From Clostridia bacterium (lineage in GTDB: Bacteria; Bacillota; Clostridia; Christensenellales; Aristaeellaceae): a DNA stretch of 64,000 nt. Where the stretch lies: assembly GCA_017550035.1 (NCBI GenBank), contig JAFYLS010000079.1:1925-65924 (forward strand), in the 5' to 3' direction. This document shows, piece by piece, positions 44,995-52,864 of the stretch (position 1 is the first letter of the stretch; each line of letters opens with the position of its first letter). The notes under the pieces were generated by a model, which was not told where the DNA came from, did not search any database, and saw nothing but the letters and a program-made list of their open reading frames with translations. Both the position numbers and the translations under genes were made by a program.

Positions 44995-46356
44995 ATGAAG
45001 AAAATGGTTGCTCTGCTGCTGGCCCTCATGATGGTTGTGGCCTGCATGCCCGCTCTGGCTGAATGGCCTGAAGGCTATCCCGAAGTCGTTGAAGGTATCG
45101 ACTTTGGCGGTCAGACCATCTACATCTATGACTACTGGACCGCTGATGACACCCGCAAGGATGATCCCAGCGAAGAAGAACAGGCCCAGTACGACTACCG
45201 TGACTGGATCATGGAAACCTACAACTGCGAAATCCGTCAGATCCAGAAGGGCGACTGGACTACCAACGTTCAGGAACTGACCAATTTCTGCACCAGCCCC
45301 GATGGCACCCTGTGCCTGTACATCCTGCCTCCGGACTTCGTCGGCACCCCCATGGGTAACGACCTGTTCGCTGCCTGGGAATCCGAAAACATCGATTTCG
45401 AAGATGACAAGTGGAACGACTCCACCATCAACTTCATGACCAAGGGCGGCAAGGTGTACGGTGTTGCTACCGGCAACTCCGAACCCCGTCAGTGCCTGTT
45501 CTTCAACAAGCGCGTGCTGGAAGAAGCCGGTATCGATTGGGAAACCATCTATGACATGCAGGCTGATGGCACTTGGACCTGGGAAGCTTTCGAAGAAATG
45601 CTGATCCAGATCACCAAGGATACCGATAACGACGGCGTTATCGACATCTACGGTATGACCGGTAACAACTCCGATATGTTCATGATGGGCGTTGTGTCCA
45701 ACGGCGGCGAATTCTTCCGCTTCAATGACGAAGGCAAGCTGGAAATCGCTGTGAACAGTGACGCTGCTCTCGAAGGCCTGGCCTGGACCAAGGACGTGTT
45801 CGCAAAGTACTTCTATCAGCAGCCCGCTGACGGCTCCTGGGACTACTTCAAGGCTGCCTGGCTGCAGGGCTTCTGCGGCTTCTACATGTATCAGACCTAC
45901 GGCGGCTTCAACGACAACAGCGAACTCGCTCCCATGGAAGACGAATGGGGCTGCGTTGCATTCCCCAAGGGCCCCAAGGGCGACAAGTATGTGTCCATCG
46001 TGTCTGACAACGTGACCGTTATCCCCAACGTTTACGAAGCTGACGTGGCTGCTGACCTGGCTTACATCTATGACCTGTGGTCCAACGCCACTCCCGGTTA
46101 TGACGATGAATTCGCTTGGATTGGCAACAAGTACAACTTCACCGATGACCGCGCTGTGGACGAGACCTACGCCATGCTGCGTGAACCCGAACACTGCGTT
46201 GCCAACGCCGCTCTGTATATCGGTTCTGTGAACGACGTGCTGGGCAGCCCCCTGCTGTGGCAGCTGGCTGGCGGCACCCCCGCTGAACTGGTTGAAGCTG
46301 CTACCCCCGCCTGGCAGGCTCTGTGCGATGCCTTCAACGGTGTGGCTGCTGAATAA
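44995..46356 (+). CDS. extracellular sugar-binding lipoprotein (ABC SBP family 1)
   Basis: The signal peptide with lipobox is MMVVAC. AGGAGG lies upstream of ATG 44995. Very strong preference for C/T-ending optimal codons by eye. Confidence 0.85.
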   Translation: MKKMVALLLALMMVVACMPALAEWPEGYPEVVEGIDFGGQTIYIYDYWTADDTRKDDPSEEEQAQYDYRDWIMETYNCEIRQIQKGDWTTNVQELTNFCTSPDGTLCLYILPPDFVGTPMGNDLFAAWESENIDFEDDKWNDSTINFMTKGGKVYGVATGNSEPRQCLFFNKRVLEEAGIDWETIYDMQADGTWTWEAFEEMLIQITKDTDNDGVIDIYGMTGNNSDMFMMGVVSNGGEFFRFNDEGKLEIAVNSDAALEGLAWTKDVFAKYFYQQPADGSWDYFKAAWLQGFCGFYMYQTYGGFNDNSELAPMEDEWGCVAFPKGPKGDKYVSIVSDNVTVIPNVYEADVAADLAYIYDLWSNATPGYDDEFAWIGNKYNFTDDRAVDETYAMLREPEHCVANAALYIGSVNDVLGSPLLWQLAGGTPAELVEAATPAWQALCDAFNGVAAE

Positions 46357-46371
46357 TCTCGCTTAAATTGC

Positions 46372-46404
46372 GGACCGCTGCACGAAAGTGCAGCGGTCCT
46401 TTTA
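46372..46404 (+). terminator. rho-independent terminator
   Basis: ggaccgctgcac-gaaa-gtgcagcggtcc is a 12-bp perfect stem with a GNRA loop, followed by TTTT. Confidence 0.9.
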
Positions 46405-46463
46405 TGTCCTTCTTGTAGATACTCATAAAACGGGATATGACAGCCTTTATCGCTGTTATAAGG

Positions 46464-46497
46464 AACCGGCAGCACCACGATGGTACTGCCGGTTTTG
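46464..46497 (+). terminator. second plus-strand hairpin with a T-run, 60 nt after the first
   Basis: aaccggcag (46464-46472) pairs with ctgccggtt (46486-46494), followed by a T-run. Confidence 0.45.
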
Positions 46498-46520
46498 AAA
46501 TAGCGGAAGAAAAAACGTAT

Positions 46521-47252
46521 TCAAAAAATGGGCGTAAGTGATATGTGACTTTGAATACTGTATATGCAGTGGGCTAAAGATTGATCAATATAGTTAAAAT
46601 ACTCATCCTTTGAAATAAGCATACCGGAAAATGGCATATCACTTGATGGAGCAGGGACTTTCACCATCACCTTCAGCTTGCGCGATATGGCACCCGGTGG
46701 GAGAAAAGGTACATAATCAGGAAAGGAATCAATAAAAGGCAATAATGTGAGAAAAGGTGAATCGGGATATTTCTCCAGCAGCTCTTTCTCAAACAGATCC
46801 ATATCGTTTTTTCTGCACTGAAAAGGGATGATCTGCTTGGCATTTTTCCATGAAGGACTGATGTGATCAATTTCTTTGCGAAGAACCGGATCGGTAGACA
46901 TTCGAGACCACATGGCATGTGTGCGCTGCGGGTCATCGCAGATAAGGTGCTGAAAAGCGGCATCGACAATCAAATGTGCATAATAACCCCACCAGAACGA
47001 AGCTTCCTCCTTGGATAGAATGGTGCGCTGAGAAAGAAAATGGTCCAGAAACCATTGGCAATCGGAAAGAGACTTACGCTTACGCTGCATAAAATGAGTT
47101 ACTTCTCTGGGCGGAATAAATGCAGTCCAATCATCGTTTTCCAGATTGCAGTCCGGTGCAACAGAGCCAACGCAGAACTCCTTCGTGCAAAGATAGGGAA
47201 GCTCTTCAAGAATGCGCTGGGCTATGAACTGGTGTGTAATCCAGTTGGCCAT
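46521..47252 (-). CDS. hypothetical protein (weak resemblance to the zinc-dependent phospholipase C-like metal-binding N-terminus)
   Basis: 243 aa. MANWITHQFIA... has a W-x-T-H start, and HLIVDAAF is also present. Family not established. Confidence 0.5.
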   Translation of the reverse strand: MANWITHQFIAQRILEELPYLCTKEFCVGSVAPDCNLENDDWTAFIPPREVTHFMQRKRKSLSDCQWFLDHFLSQRTILSKEEASFWWGYYAHLIVDAAFQHLICDDPQRTHAMWSRMSTDPVLRKEIDHISPSWKNAKQIIPFQCRKNDMDLFEKELLEKYPDSPFLTLLPFIDSFPDYVPFLPPGAISRKLKVMVKVPAPSSDMPFSGMLISKDEYFNYIDQSLAHCIYSIQSHISLTPIF

Positions 47253-47269
47253 GATACTTCTCCTTTGCT

Positions 47270-47297
47270 AAAAACCCCCGGCAGGAGTGCCGGGGGA
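47270..47297 (-). terminator. terminator of the GH10 gene
   Basis: cccccggca-ggag-tgccggggg, with a T-run on the minus strand. Confidence 0.8.
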
Positions 47298-47309
47298 AAT
47301 TGTTACCGA

Positions 47310-48515
47310 TTACTTTTTCAGCACTTCCATAACCTTGTACAAAACATCCTTATCTTCCAGCTTTTCGTTGAACAGACCGCAGTACGGGCTGTTGAGGCTG
47401 TAAGTATAGGTGCCGGGTTTATCGTTGGGATTGTCGGTAAGCCCCCAGATGGCCACACAATTCAGGGGATTGTTGCCATTTTCATCCCCCAGAGAAACGA
47501 ATGCTTTGAAAAGGTTGGTATAGAATTCGGTATGCTCTTCCGTATATGCAAGATCAAAGTTTCGTACGGCCATTTCGGTAATCTGCACTTCAAAACCGGC
47601 ATTGGCATAATTGAGGATTGCATTCTTGATCATACCGACGTGGGCAGGTTCCAGACAGCCGGTCTGCGTCCCGTAGCCGCCAATGTAGCCCTGCATGCCA
47701 ACGCCGTCCATCAGTTTGCGGTAGTTGCCATTTTCATCCTTGGCAAAGGTGTTCACGCTGTTGCCGAGCGCCAGAATGGCTTCGGCTTTATCGGTGAAAT
47801 AGGCGTTATAATCGTTGTAGTAAAGCTTGATATCTGCGCCCAGCGTTTCCACCGCATTGCGGGCGTAAAGGAAGGAAAGCGCCACATAATCATCGCCCAT
47901 ATACTTCTGGAACAAGTTGTCCCCTCCGTTGCGTTTGGTGCGCAGATGCCGGGGATCATTGGGTGCAAATTCGGTAATATTGTCGCCAACTGCTTCGTTT
48001 ACCACATCCCAGCAATAGACAACGCCGGGGAATTTTTCCTCAAAATGGGTGATAACCTGGGTAATGTAGTATTCTGTGCGGGCTTTGATAGTTTCCGCAT
48101 CAGCGTAGGGCTTGTTATTGCTGTATTCTTCGCGGAAGAACCAGTCGCACATATAAGCGTCCCAAACCAGCACATGTCCGCGCACCTGAAGACCGTTTGC
48201 CTTTGCCCAGCCGACCATGGCATCAGCAGCGGTGTAGTTGATTGCCGGCATACCGTCTTTGGAACGTTTGCTGCCCGCCTGGTCCAGCATGGAATAGGCC
48301 TTCATTTCATTGGTCATGGTCACGCTGTTGAAATGCTTTTTCAGCAGATTCAGATACTTGGTATCGCGCAGTTGATAATAACTCATGGCAGCGCCCATTT
48401 TGAAACCATGGGGTGCAGCCAGTTTATGAAGCACATCTTCTTCCTGAGAAAGAGCAGGGGAGCAGAAAGCGAGCAGAATGGAAAGAATCAGGAAAGCGCT
48501 CAGAATGATCCGCAT
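47310..48515 (-). CDS. glycoside hydrolase family 10 endo-beta-1,4-xylanase, secreted
   Basis: The signal peptide is MRIILSAFLILSILLAFCSPALS. GHVLVW, WDVVNEAV (acid/base Glu) and VQITEMAV (nucleophile Glu). AGAGG lies 7 nt upstream of ATG 48515. The 641-aa track ORF is an artefactual upstream extension. Confidence 0.88.
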   Translation of the reverse strand: MRIILSAFLILSILLAFCSPALSQEEDVLHKLAAPHGFKMGAAMSYYQLRDTKYLNLLKKHFNSVTMTNEMKAYSMLDQAGSKRSKDGMPAINYTAADAMVGWAKANGLQVRGHVLVWDAYMCDWFFREEYSNNKPYADAETIKARTEYYITQVITHFEEKFPGVVYCWDVVNEAVGDNITEFAPNDPRHLRTKRNGGDNLFQKYMGDDYVALSFLYARNAVETLGADIKLYYNDYNAYFTDKAEAILALGNSVNTFAKDENGNYRKLMDGVGMQGYIGGYGTQTGCLEPAHVGMIKNAILNYANAGFEVQITEMAVRNFDLAYTEEHTEFYTNLFKAFVSLGDENGNNPLNCVAIWGLTDNPNDKPGTYTYSLNSPYCGLFNEKLEDKDVLYKVMEVLKK

Positions 48516-48677
48516 ATAAATACCTCTTTCTATATGAATTTTCTTCGAAAATATTTTACCATATCCATAAGGGAAATACCATAACTTTTCGTGTGGATCA
48601 TAAATAATGATTGACAAAATATTTGAATTATGGCAACATGAAATAAAAGAAACTGCATAATTTCGGAGGGGTCTGAC

Positions 48678-49901
48678 ATGAAGAAAAAATGTGCCGTGTG
48701 GCTGATGCTGTTTGTGCTGCTGTGCACAACAGTTCCTGTGACGAGCTTTGCGGCGGAAGGAGAGATCAAGATGCCCAATATGCCTTATATCAAACAGTAT
48801 GCACTGCCTGAAAACGAAGCCATGGAATTCCTCAAGAAGATGGGTGTTGGCTGGAATCTGGGCAATACCTTTGATGCGACTGATGATCATTTCAAAGGGG
48901 ATGACTTGGATATTGAGAAGGCCTGGGTGGGAATAAAAACCAAAGAAGACATGATTGTGGCGGTGAAGGAAGCGGGCTTCAATACTTTGCGGTTGCCTGT
49001 GTCCTGGCATAACCATGTGGATGCAGACTTTAATATTAATGAGCCCTGGCTGAACCGTGTGCAGGAAGTTGTAGACTGGGCTATGGACTGCGGTTTGTAT
49101 GTGATTCTCAATACGCATCATGACGTATACGAGAAGTATTATTATCCCGACAGCGAACATTACGAAACTTCTTCGCGCTATATTGGCCGCATTTGGGAGC
49201 AGCTCAGTGAGCGTTTTAAGGATTACGATGAGCATCTGATTTTTGAATCCATGAACGAACCGCGCTTGAAGGGCACGGAAGATGAATGGGTGTTCAATAC
49301 CGGTAAGGCAACTTGTCAGGATGCTGCAGAATGCATCAACAAATTGAACCAGCTCTTTGTGGATACGGTACGCTCAAGCGGCGGAAACAATAAGGATCGT
49401 TACCTGATGGTTCCCGGATATTGCGCCAGCGCGGATGGCGGCACTTCGGAATTGTTCAAATTACCGGCGGATACGGCAGATAACCGCATCATTGTTTCCA
49501 TTCATGCGTATACGCCTTATCCTTTTGCGTTGCAGTCCATGACCGAAGGCGGAACGGATACCTTTGCGCTGACGGATATTGGGCAGACTTCCGAAATCAC
49601 CCGTTTTATGAACAAACTGTACAATACCTATATTGCCAACGGTATTCCTGTGGTGATTGGTGAATTCGGCGCCCGAAACAAGAACGAAAACCTTCAGTCC
49701 CGTGTGACTTTCAGTGCGTTCTATGCGGCGAATGCTGCCGCACGCAACATTCCCTGTGTGTGGTGGGATAACAGCGCACATAAGGGCAGCGGCGAATTGT
49801 TTGGACTGCTGAACCGCAGAAATTGCGAATGGAGATTCCCTGAGATTGTAAACGCACTGGTAACTTACAGCGGATATGACAAGATTCCGCCTAAAGAATA
49901 A
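48678..49901 (+). CDS. glycoside hydrolase family 5 (cellulase/endoglucanase-type), secreted
   Basis: Signal peptide present. WNLGNTFDA, LRLPVSW, ILNTHHD, FESMNEPR (acid/base) and VIGEFGA (nucleophile). Confidence 0.88.
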   Translation: MKKKCAVWLMLFVLLCTTVPVTSFAAEGEIKMPNMPYIKQYALPENEAMEFLKKMGVGWNLGNTFDATDDHFKGDDLDIEKAWVGIKTKEDMIVAVKEAGFNTLRLPVSWHNHVDADFNINEPWLNRVQEVVDWAMDCGLYVILNTHHDVYEKYYYPDSEHYETSSRYIGRIWEQLSERFKDYDEHLIFESMNEPRLKGTEDEWVFNTGKATCQDAAECINKLNQLFVDTVRSSGGNNKDRYLMVPGYCASADGGTSELFKLPADTADNRIIVSIHAYTPYPFALQSMTEGGTDTFALTDIGQTSEITRFMNKLYNTYIANGIPVVIGEFGARNKNENLQSRVTFSAFYAANAAARNIPCVWWDNSAHKGSGELFGLLNRRNCEWRFPEIVNALVTYSGYDKIPPKE

Positions 49902-49908
49902 AGACGGA

Positions 49909-49940
49909 AAAAGACTTCCTGTTTTCAGGAAGTCTTTTTG
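49909..49940 (+). terminator. rho-independent terminator
   Basis: aagacttcctg-tttt-caggaagtctt followed by a T-run. Confidence 0.9.
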
Positions 49941-50027
49941 TATATTTTAGCTGCTGCATTGCGTTATATGCAAAAATGATGTATAATGATTGCATAAGTA
50001 AACATGACATTTACGGAGGAAACGGAT

Positions 50028-51251
50028 ATGCAGAAAACCAGACTTCGCAAATATGCAAAGCTCATTGCAAAAATGGGCGCCAATCCCCAGAAGGGGCAGG
50101 ATGTGATTTTGAACTGCGGCATTGAGCAGCCTGAATTTGTGGGCATGGTGGTGGAAGAACTCTACAAGCTGGGCGCCCGCAAGGTGCACATCAAGTGGAA
50201 CGAAATGACCATGCAGAAATACCACGTGAAATATCAGAGCCTGAAAACGCTGAGTACAGTGGATAGCTACGAAGAAGCCGAACTCAAGTTCAGCGCAGAT
50301 GTACTGCCTGCCCGTGTGATGCTGGGTTCTCCCAATCCTGACGGGCTCAAGGGCGTGAACGTGGCCAAGATGAGCAAGAGCCAGCAGGCCAAGTTCCCCA
50401 TTATCAAGCCTTATCGTGATGCGATTGACGGTACTACCCAGTGGACGATTGCTGCTGTACCCGGTAAAGCCTGGGCCAAGAAAGTATTTCCCAATGAACG
50501 CAGCAGCAAGGCCATGGAAATGCTGTGGGAAGCTATTTTGGCTGCCGCGCGTGTGGATGAAGATCCTATTGCTGCCTGGGAAGCGCACAATGCGGATATT
50601 CAGCGCCGCTGCGAATACCTGACTGGTCTGAATATCGAAACGCTGGAATACAAATCTTCCAATGGTACCGATCTGCGTGTGGGTATGATGAAGGATCATC
50701 AGTTTGCAGGCGCTGTAGAAGTGACGAAATCCGGCGTTGCCTTTAATCCCAATATTCCGACCGAAGAAGCGTTTGTAACGCCCATGCGCGGTGTAGCAGA
50801 CGGTATTGTGTATGCCAGCAAGCCTCTTTCCTATCAGGGTGCGTTGATTGAAGATTTCTGGTTCCGCTTTGAAGACGGCAAGGTGGTGGAAGCTCATGCC
50901 GAAAAGAATGACGAGCGTCTGCAGAAGATGATCACCATGGATGAAGGTGCTGCGTATTTGGGAGAATGCGCCTTGGTGCCCTTTGACAGTCCCATCAATA
51001 AGACCGGGCTTCTGTTCTACAACACCCTGTTTGATGAAAATGCCTGCTGCCACTTTGCTCTGGGCCGCGGCTTTGCCGAATGCGTGAAGGGACACCATGA
51101 AAAGTCCCGTGAAGAAATCAAGGCAGCCGGTGTCAATGAATCCATGATTCATGTGGACTTCATGATCGGCACTGCGGATCTTTCCATCGTAGCACACTGC
51201 GCAGATGGCAAGAAAGTGCAGATTTTTGAAAACGGTACCTGGGCATTCTAA
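50028..51251 (+). CDS. M29-family aminopeptidase (PepS/AmpS-like)
   Basis: LRKYAKLIAKMGANPQKGQDVIL at the N-terminus and FDENACCHFALG near the C-terminus are typical of aminopeptidase T/S. GGAGG lies upstream of ATG 50028. Confidence 0.8.
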   Translation: MQKTRLRKYAKLIAKMGANPQKGQDVILNCGIEQPEFVGMVVEELYKLGARKVHIKWNEMTMQKYHVKYQSLKTLSTVDSYEEAELKFSADVLPARVMLGSPNPDGLKGVNVAKMSKSQQAKFPIIKPYRDAIDGTTQWTIAAVPGKAWAKKVFPNERSSKAMEMLWEAILAAARVDEDPIAAWEAHNADIQRRCEYLTGLNIETLEYKSSNGTDLRVGMMKDHQFAGAVEVTKSGVAFNPNIPTEEAFVTPMRGVADGIVYASKPLSYQGALIEDFWFRFEDGKVVEAHAEKNDERLQKMITMDEGAAYLGECALVPFDSPINKTGLLFYNTLFDENACCHFALGRGFAECVKGHHEKSREEIKAAGVNESMIHVDFMIGTADLSIVAHCADGKKVQIFENGTWAF

Positions 51252-51268
51252 TTGTAAAATGCAACATT

Positions 51269-51299
51269 AAAAGACGATGGCATTGCCATCGTCTTTTCT
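51269..51299. terminator. bidirectional terminator between convergent genes
   Basis: aagacgatggc-att-gccatcgtctt, flanked by A- and T-runs. Confidence 0.85.
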
Positions 51300-51300
51300 G

Positions 51301-52752
51301 TTATCTATGTTGTTTCCAATACAGCGTAATGGAGGGATCAAACACGTCCTCTCCGCTATGAATGATTTTTGCAAACTGTCCGGAACCGGTGGGGGAAAGG
51401 AATTGCCCGTCAAAAGGCGGCAGGGCGAACTGCTGAAAAGATTCTTGAAGTTCCCGCATCAATGCTTCTTGAATTTCCTGATATGCTGCATCCCTGAAAA
51501 GGTTCCTGGTTTCATCGGGATCATTCTTCAGGTCATACAGCTGGTGAGAACCTGTCAGCGGTTCCCAAACCAGTTTATAGCGGCTGTTTCGCACCATGCG
51601 CACAGGGCCATATTCATCCATGATACACAATGTGCGTTCCTTTTGCGGTAATTCCTGCTGCAGTTCATCCAGAAAGCTGATGCCCGGCAGCGTTGTAATG
51701 GGTTCCAACTCCAGATATGCCCGAAGCGTGGGCAGAATATCATAATGGCTGTACAGATTGGTGATTTCAGCGCCCTGGCGCATCCATTTTGGACCCCACA
51801 TAATGAAAGGAACTTTCACGGAAGAATCGTACATATTCATGGGCCAGGTACCGTTTCCTTTTCCCCAAACGCCGTGCTGCCCAAGGTTCATACCGTTGTC
51901 ACCGGAAAAGATCACGATTGTGTCATCGCAAAGATTATTCCGCTGCAATGCATCAAAAATCTTGCCTACACCTTCATCTACAGCAGTGATGGCGGCATAG
52001 TAGCCTTTCAAAAGATAGCGCCGCTTTTCTTCAGTGTCGCCGATTTCCATATTGCCTACCTGATGGGGGTGAATGGGGTGCAGCGGATGGCTTGCAAAAT
52101 CACAGTTATCGTACAGCTTCAGCAAGTCTTCCCGGTGTTCTTCATGTCCCCAGGGTGTATGGGGTGCGGTGTAGTGCAGAGCCAGAAAGAAGGGGGAATC
52201 CGGGGCGGAATCGATGTACTCTACGGCACGGTTTGTGAAGTAATCGGTTATATACTCCAGACAGAATTGCGGCTTTCCGCCTATGCAGATATCGGCATGC
52301 TTATAGTGGGCGCCGCCGCGGAGCAGCACATTCCAGGTATCAAATCCGGGGCGGGGACGCATGCTGTCGCCCATATGCCATTTGCCGATAAAACCCATTT
52401 TGTAGCCGCTTTCATGCAGCGCATCAAATACGTTGGGCATGCCTGCAAGATAATTAATAGCGTCTTTTTCGTCGCGAAAAAGCTGCTGCATATCAGCAGG
52501 AAGTAAAGCGTGATCCACATTACCGGAAGAAAGCCAGTCATGTACGCCATGAGCAGAGGGAATACGACCGGTTACGATAGAACAGCGGGCGGGGGAACAA
52601 ACGGGAGAAGCGCAGAAAAAGTTAGTAAAGCGAACACCTTCATCCACCATACGGTTCAGATTAGGCGTAATCAGTTCAGGGGTATCTTTTCCTAATGCCC
52701 ACGCGCCCTGATCGTCCGTCAGAATAAACACAATATTCGGCTTTTTACTCAT
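51301..52752 (-). CDS. Cys-type sulfatase (arylsulfatase family), cytoplasmic
   Basis: PNIVFILTDDQG and the formylglycine motif CSPARCSIVTGR (C-x-P-x-R). No signal peptide. Confidence 0.9.
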   Translation of the reverse strand: MSKKPNIVFILTDDQGAWALGKDTPELITPNLNRMVDEGVRFTNFFCASPVCSPARCSIVTGRIPSAHGVHDWLSSGNVDHALLPADMQQLFRDEKDAINYLAGMPNVFDALHESGYKMGFIGKWHMGDSMRPRPGFDTWNVLLRGGAHYKHADICIGGKPQFCLEYITDYFTNRAVEYIDSAPDSPFFLALHYTAPHTPWGHEEHREDLLKLYDNCDFASHPLHPIHPHQVGNMEIGDTEEKRRYLLKGYYAAITAVDEGVGKIFDALQRNNLCDDTIVIFSGDNGMNLGQHGVWGKGNGTWPMNMYDSSVKVPFIMWGPKWMRQGAEITNLYSHYDILPTLRAYLELEPITTLPGISFLDELQQELPQKERTLCIMDEYGPVRMVRNSRYKLVWEPLTGSHQLYDLKNDPDETRNLFRDAAYQEIQEALMRELQESFQQFALPPFDGQFLSPTGSGQFAKIIHSGEDVFDPSITLYWKQHR

Positions 52753-52829
52753 GGAAAAGCCTCCTTATATCAAAACAAAGTTGATGCTGGTAAAACTATA
52801 GCATGCCCAAATGAGGATGTCAATGAAAG

Positions 52830-52860
52830 CTAAAAGCGCAGCCTGTGCAGGACTGCGCTT
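52830..52860 (-). terminator. terminator of the 519-aa gene
   Basis: aagcgcag...ctgcgctt hairpin with TTTT on the minus strand. Confidence 0.6.
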
Positions 52861-52864
52861 CCTT

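Noticed and set aside
47310-49235. 641-aa version of the GH10 ORF extending through the divergent intergenic region into the GH5 gene
   Set aside because: The upstream 240 codons have no GH10 similarity and would overlap the GH5 gene and its promoter. A signal peptide begins at the ATG at 48515, which has a good RBS.
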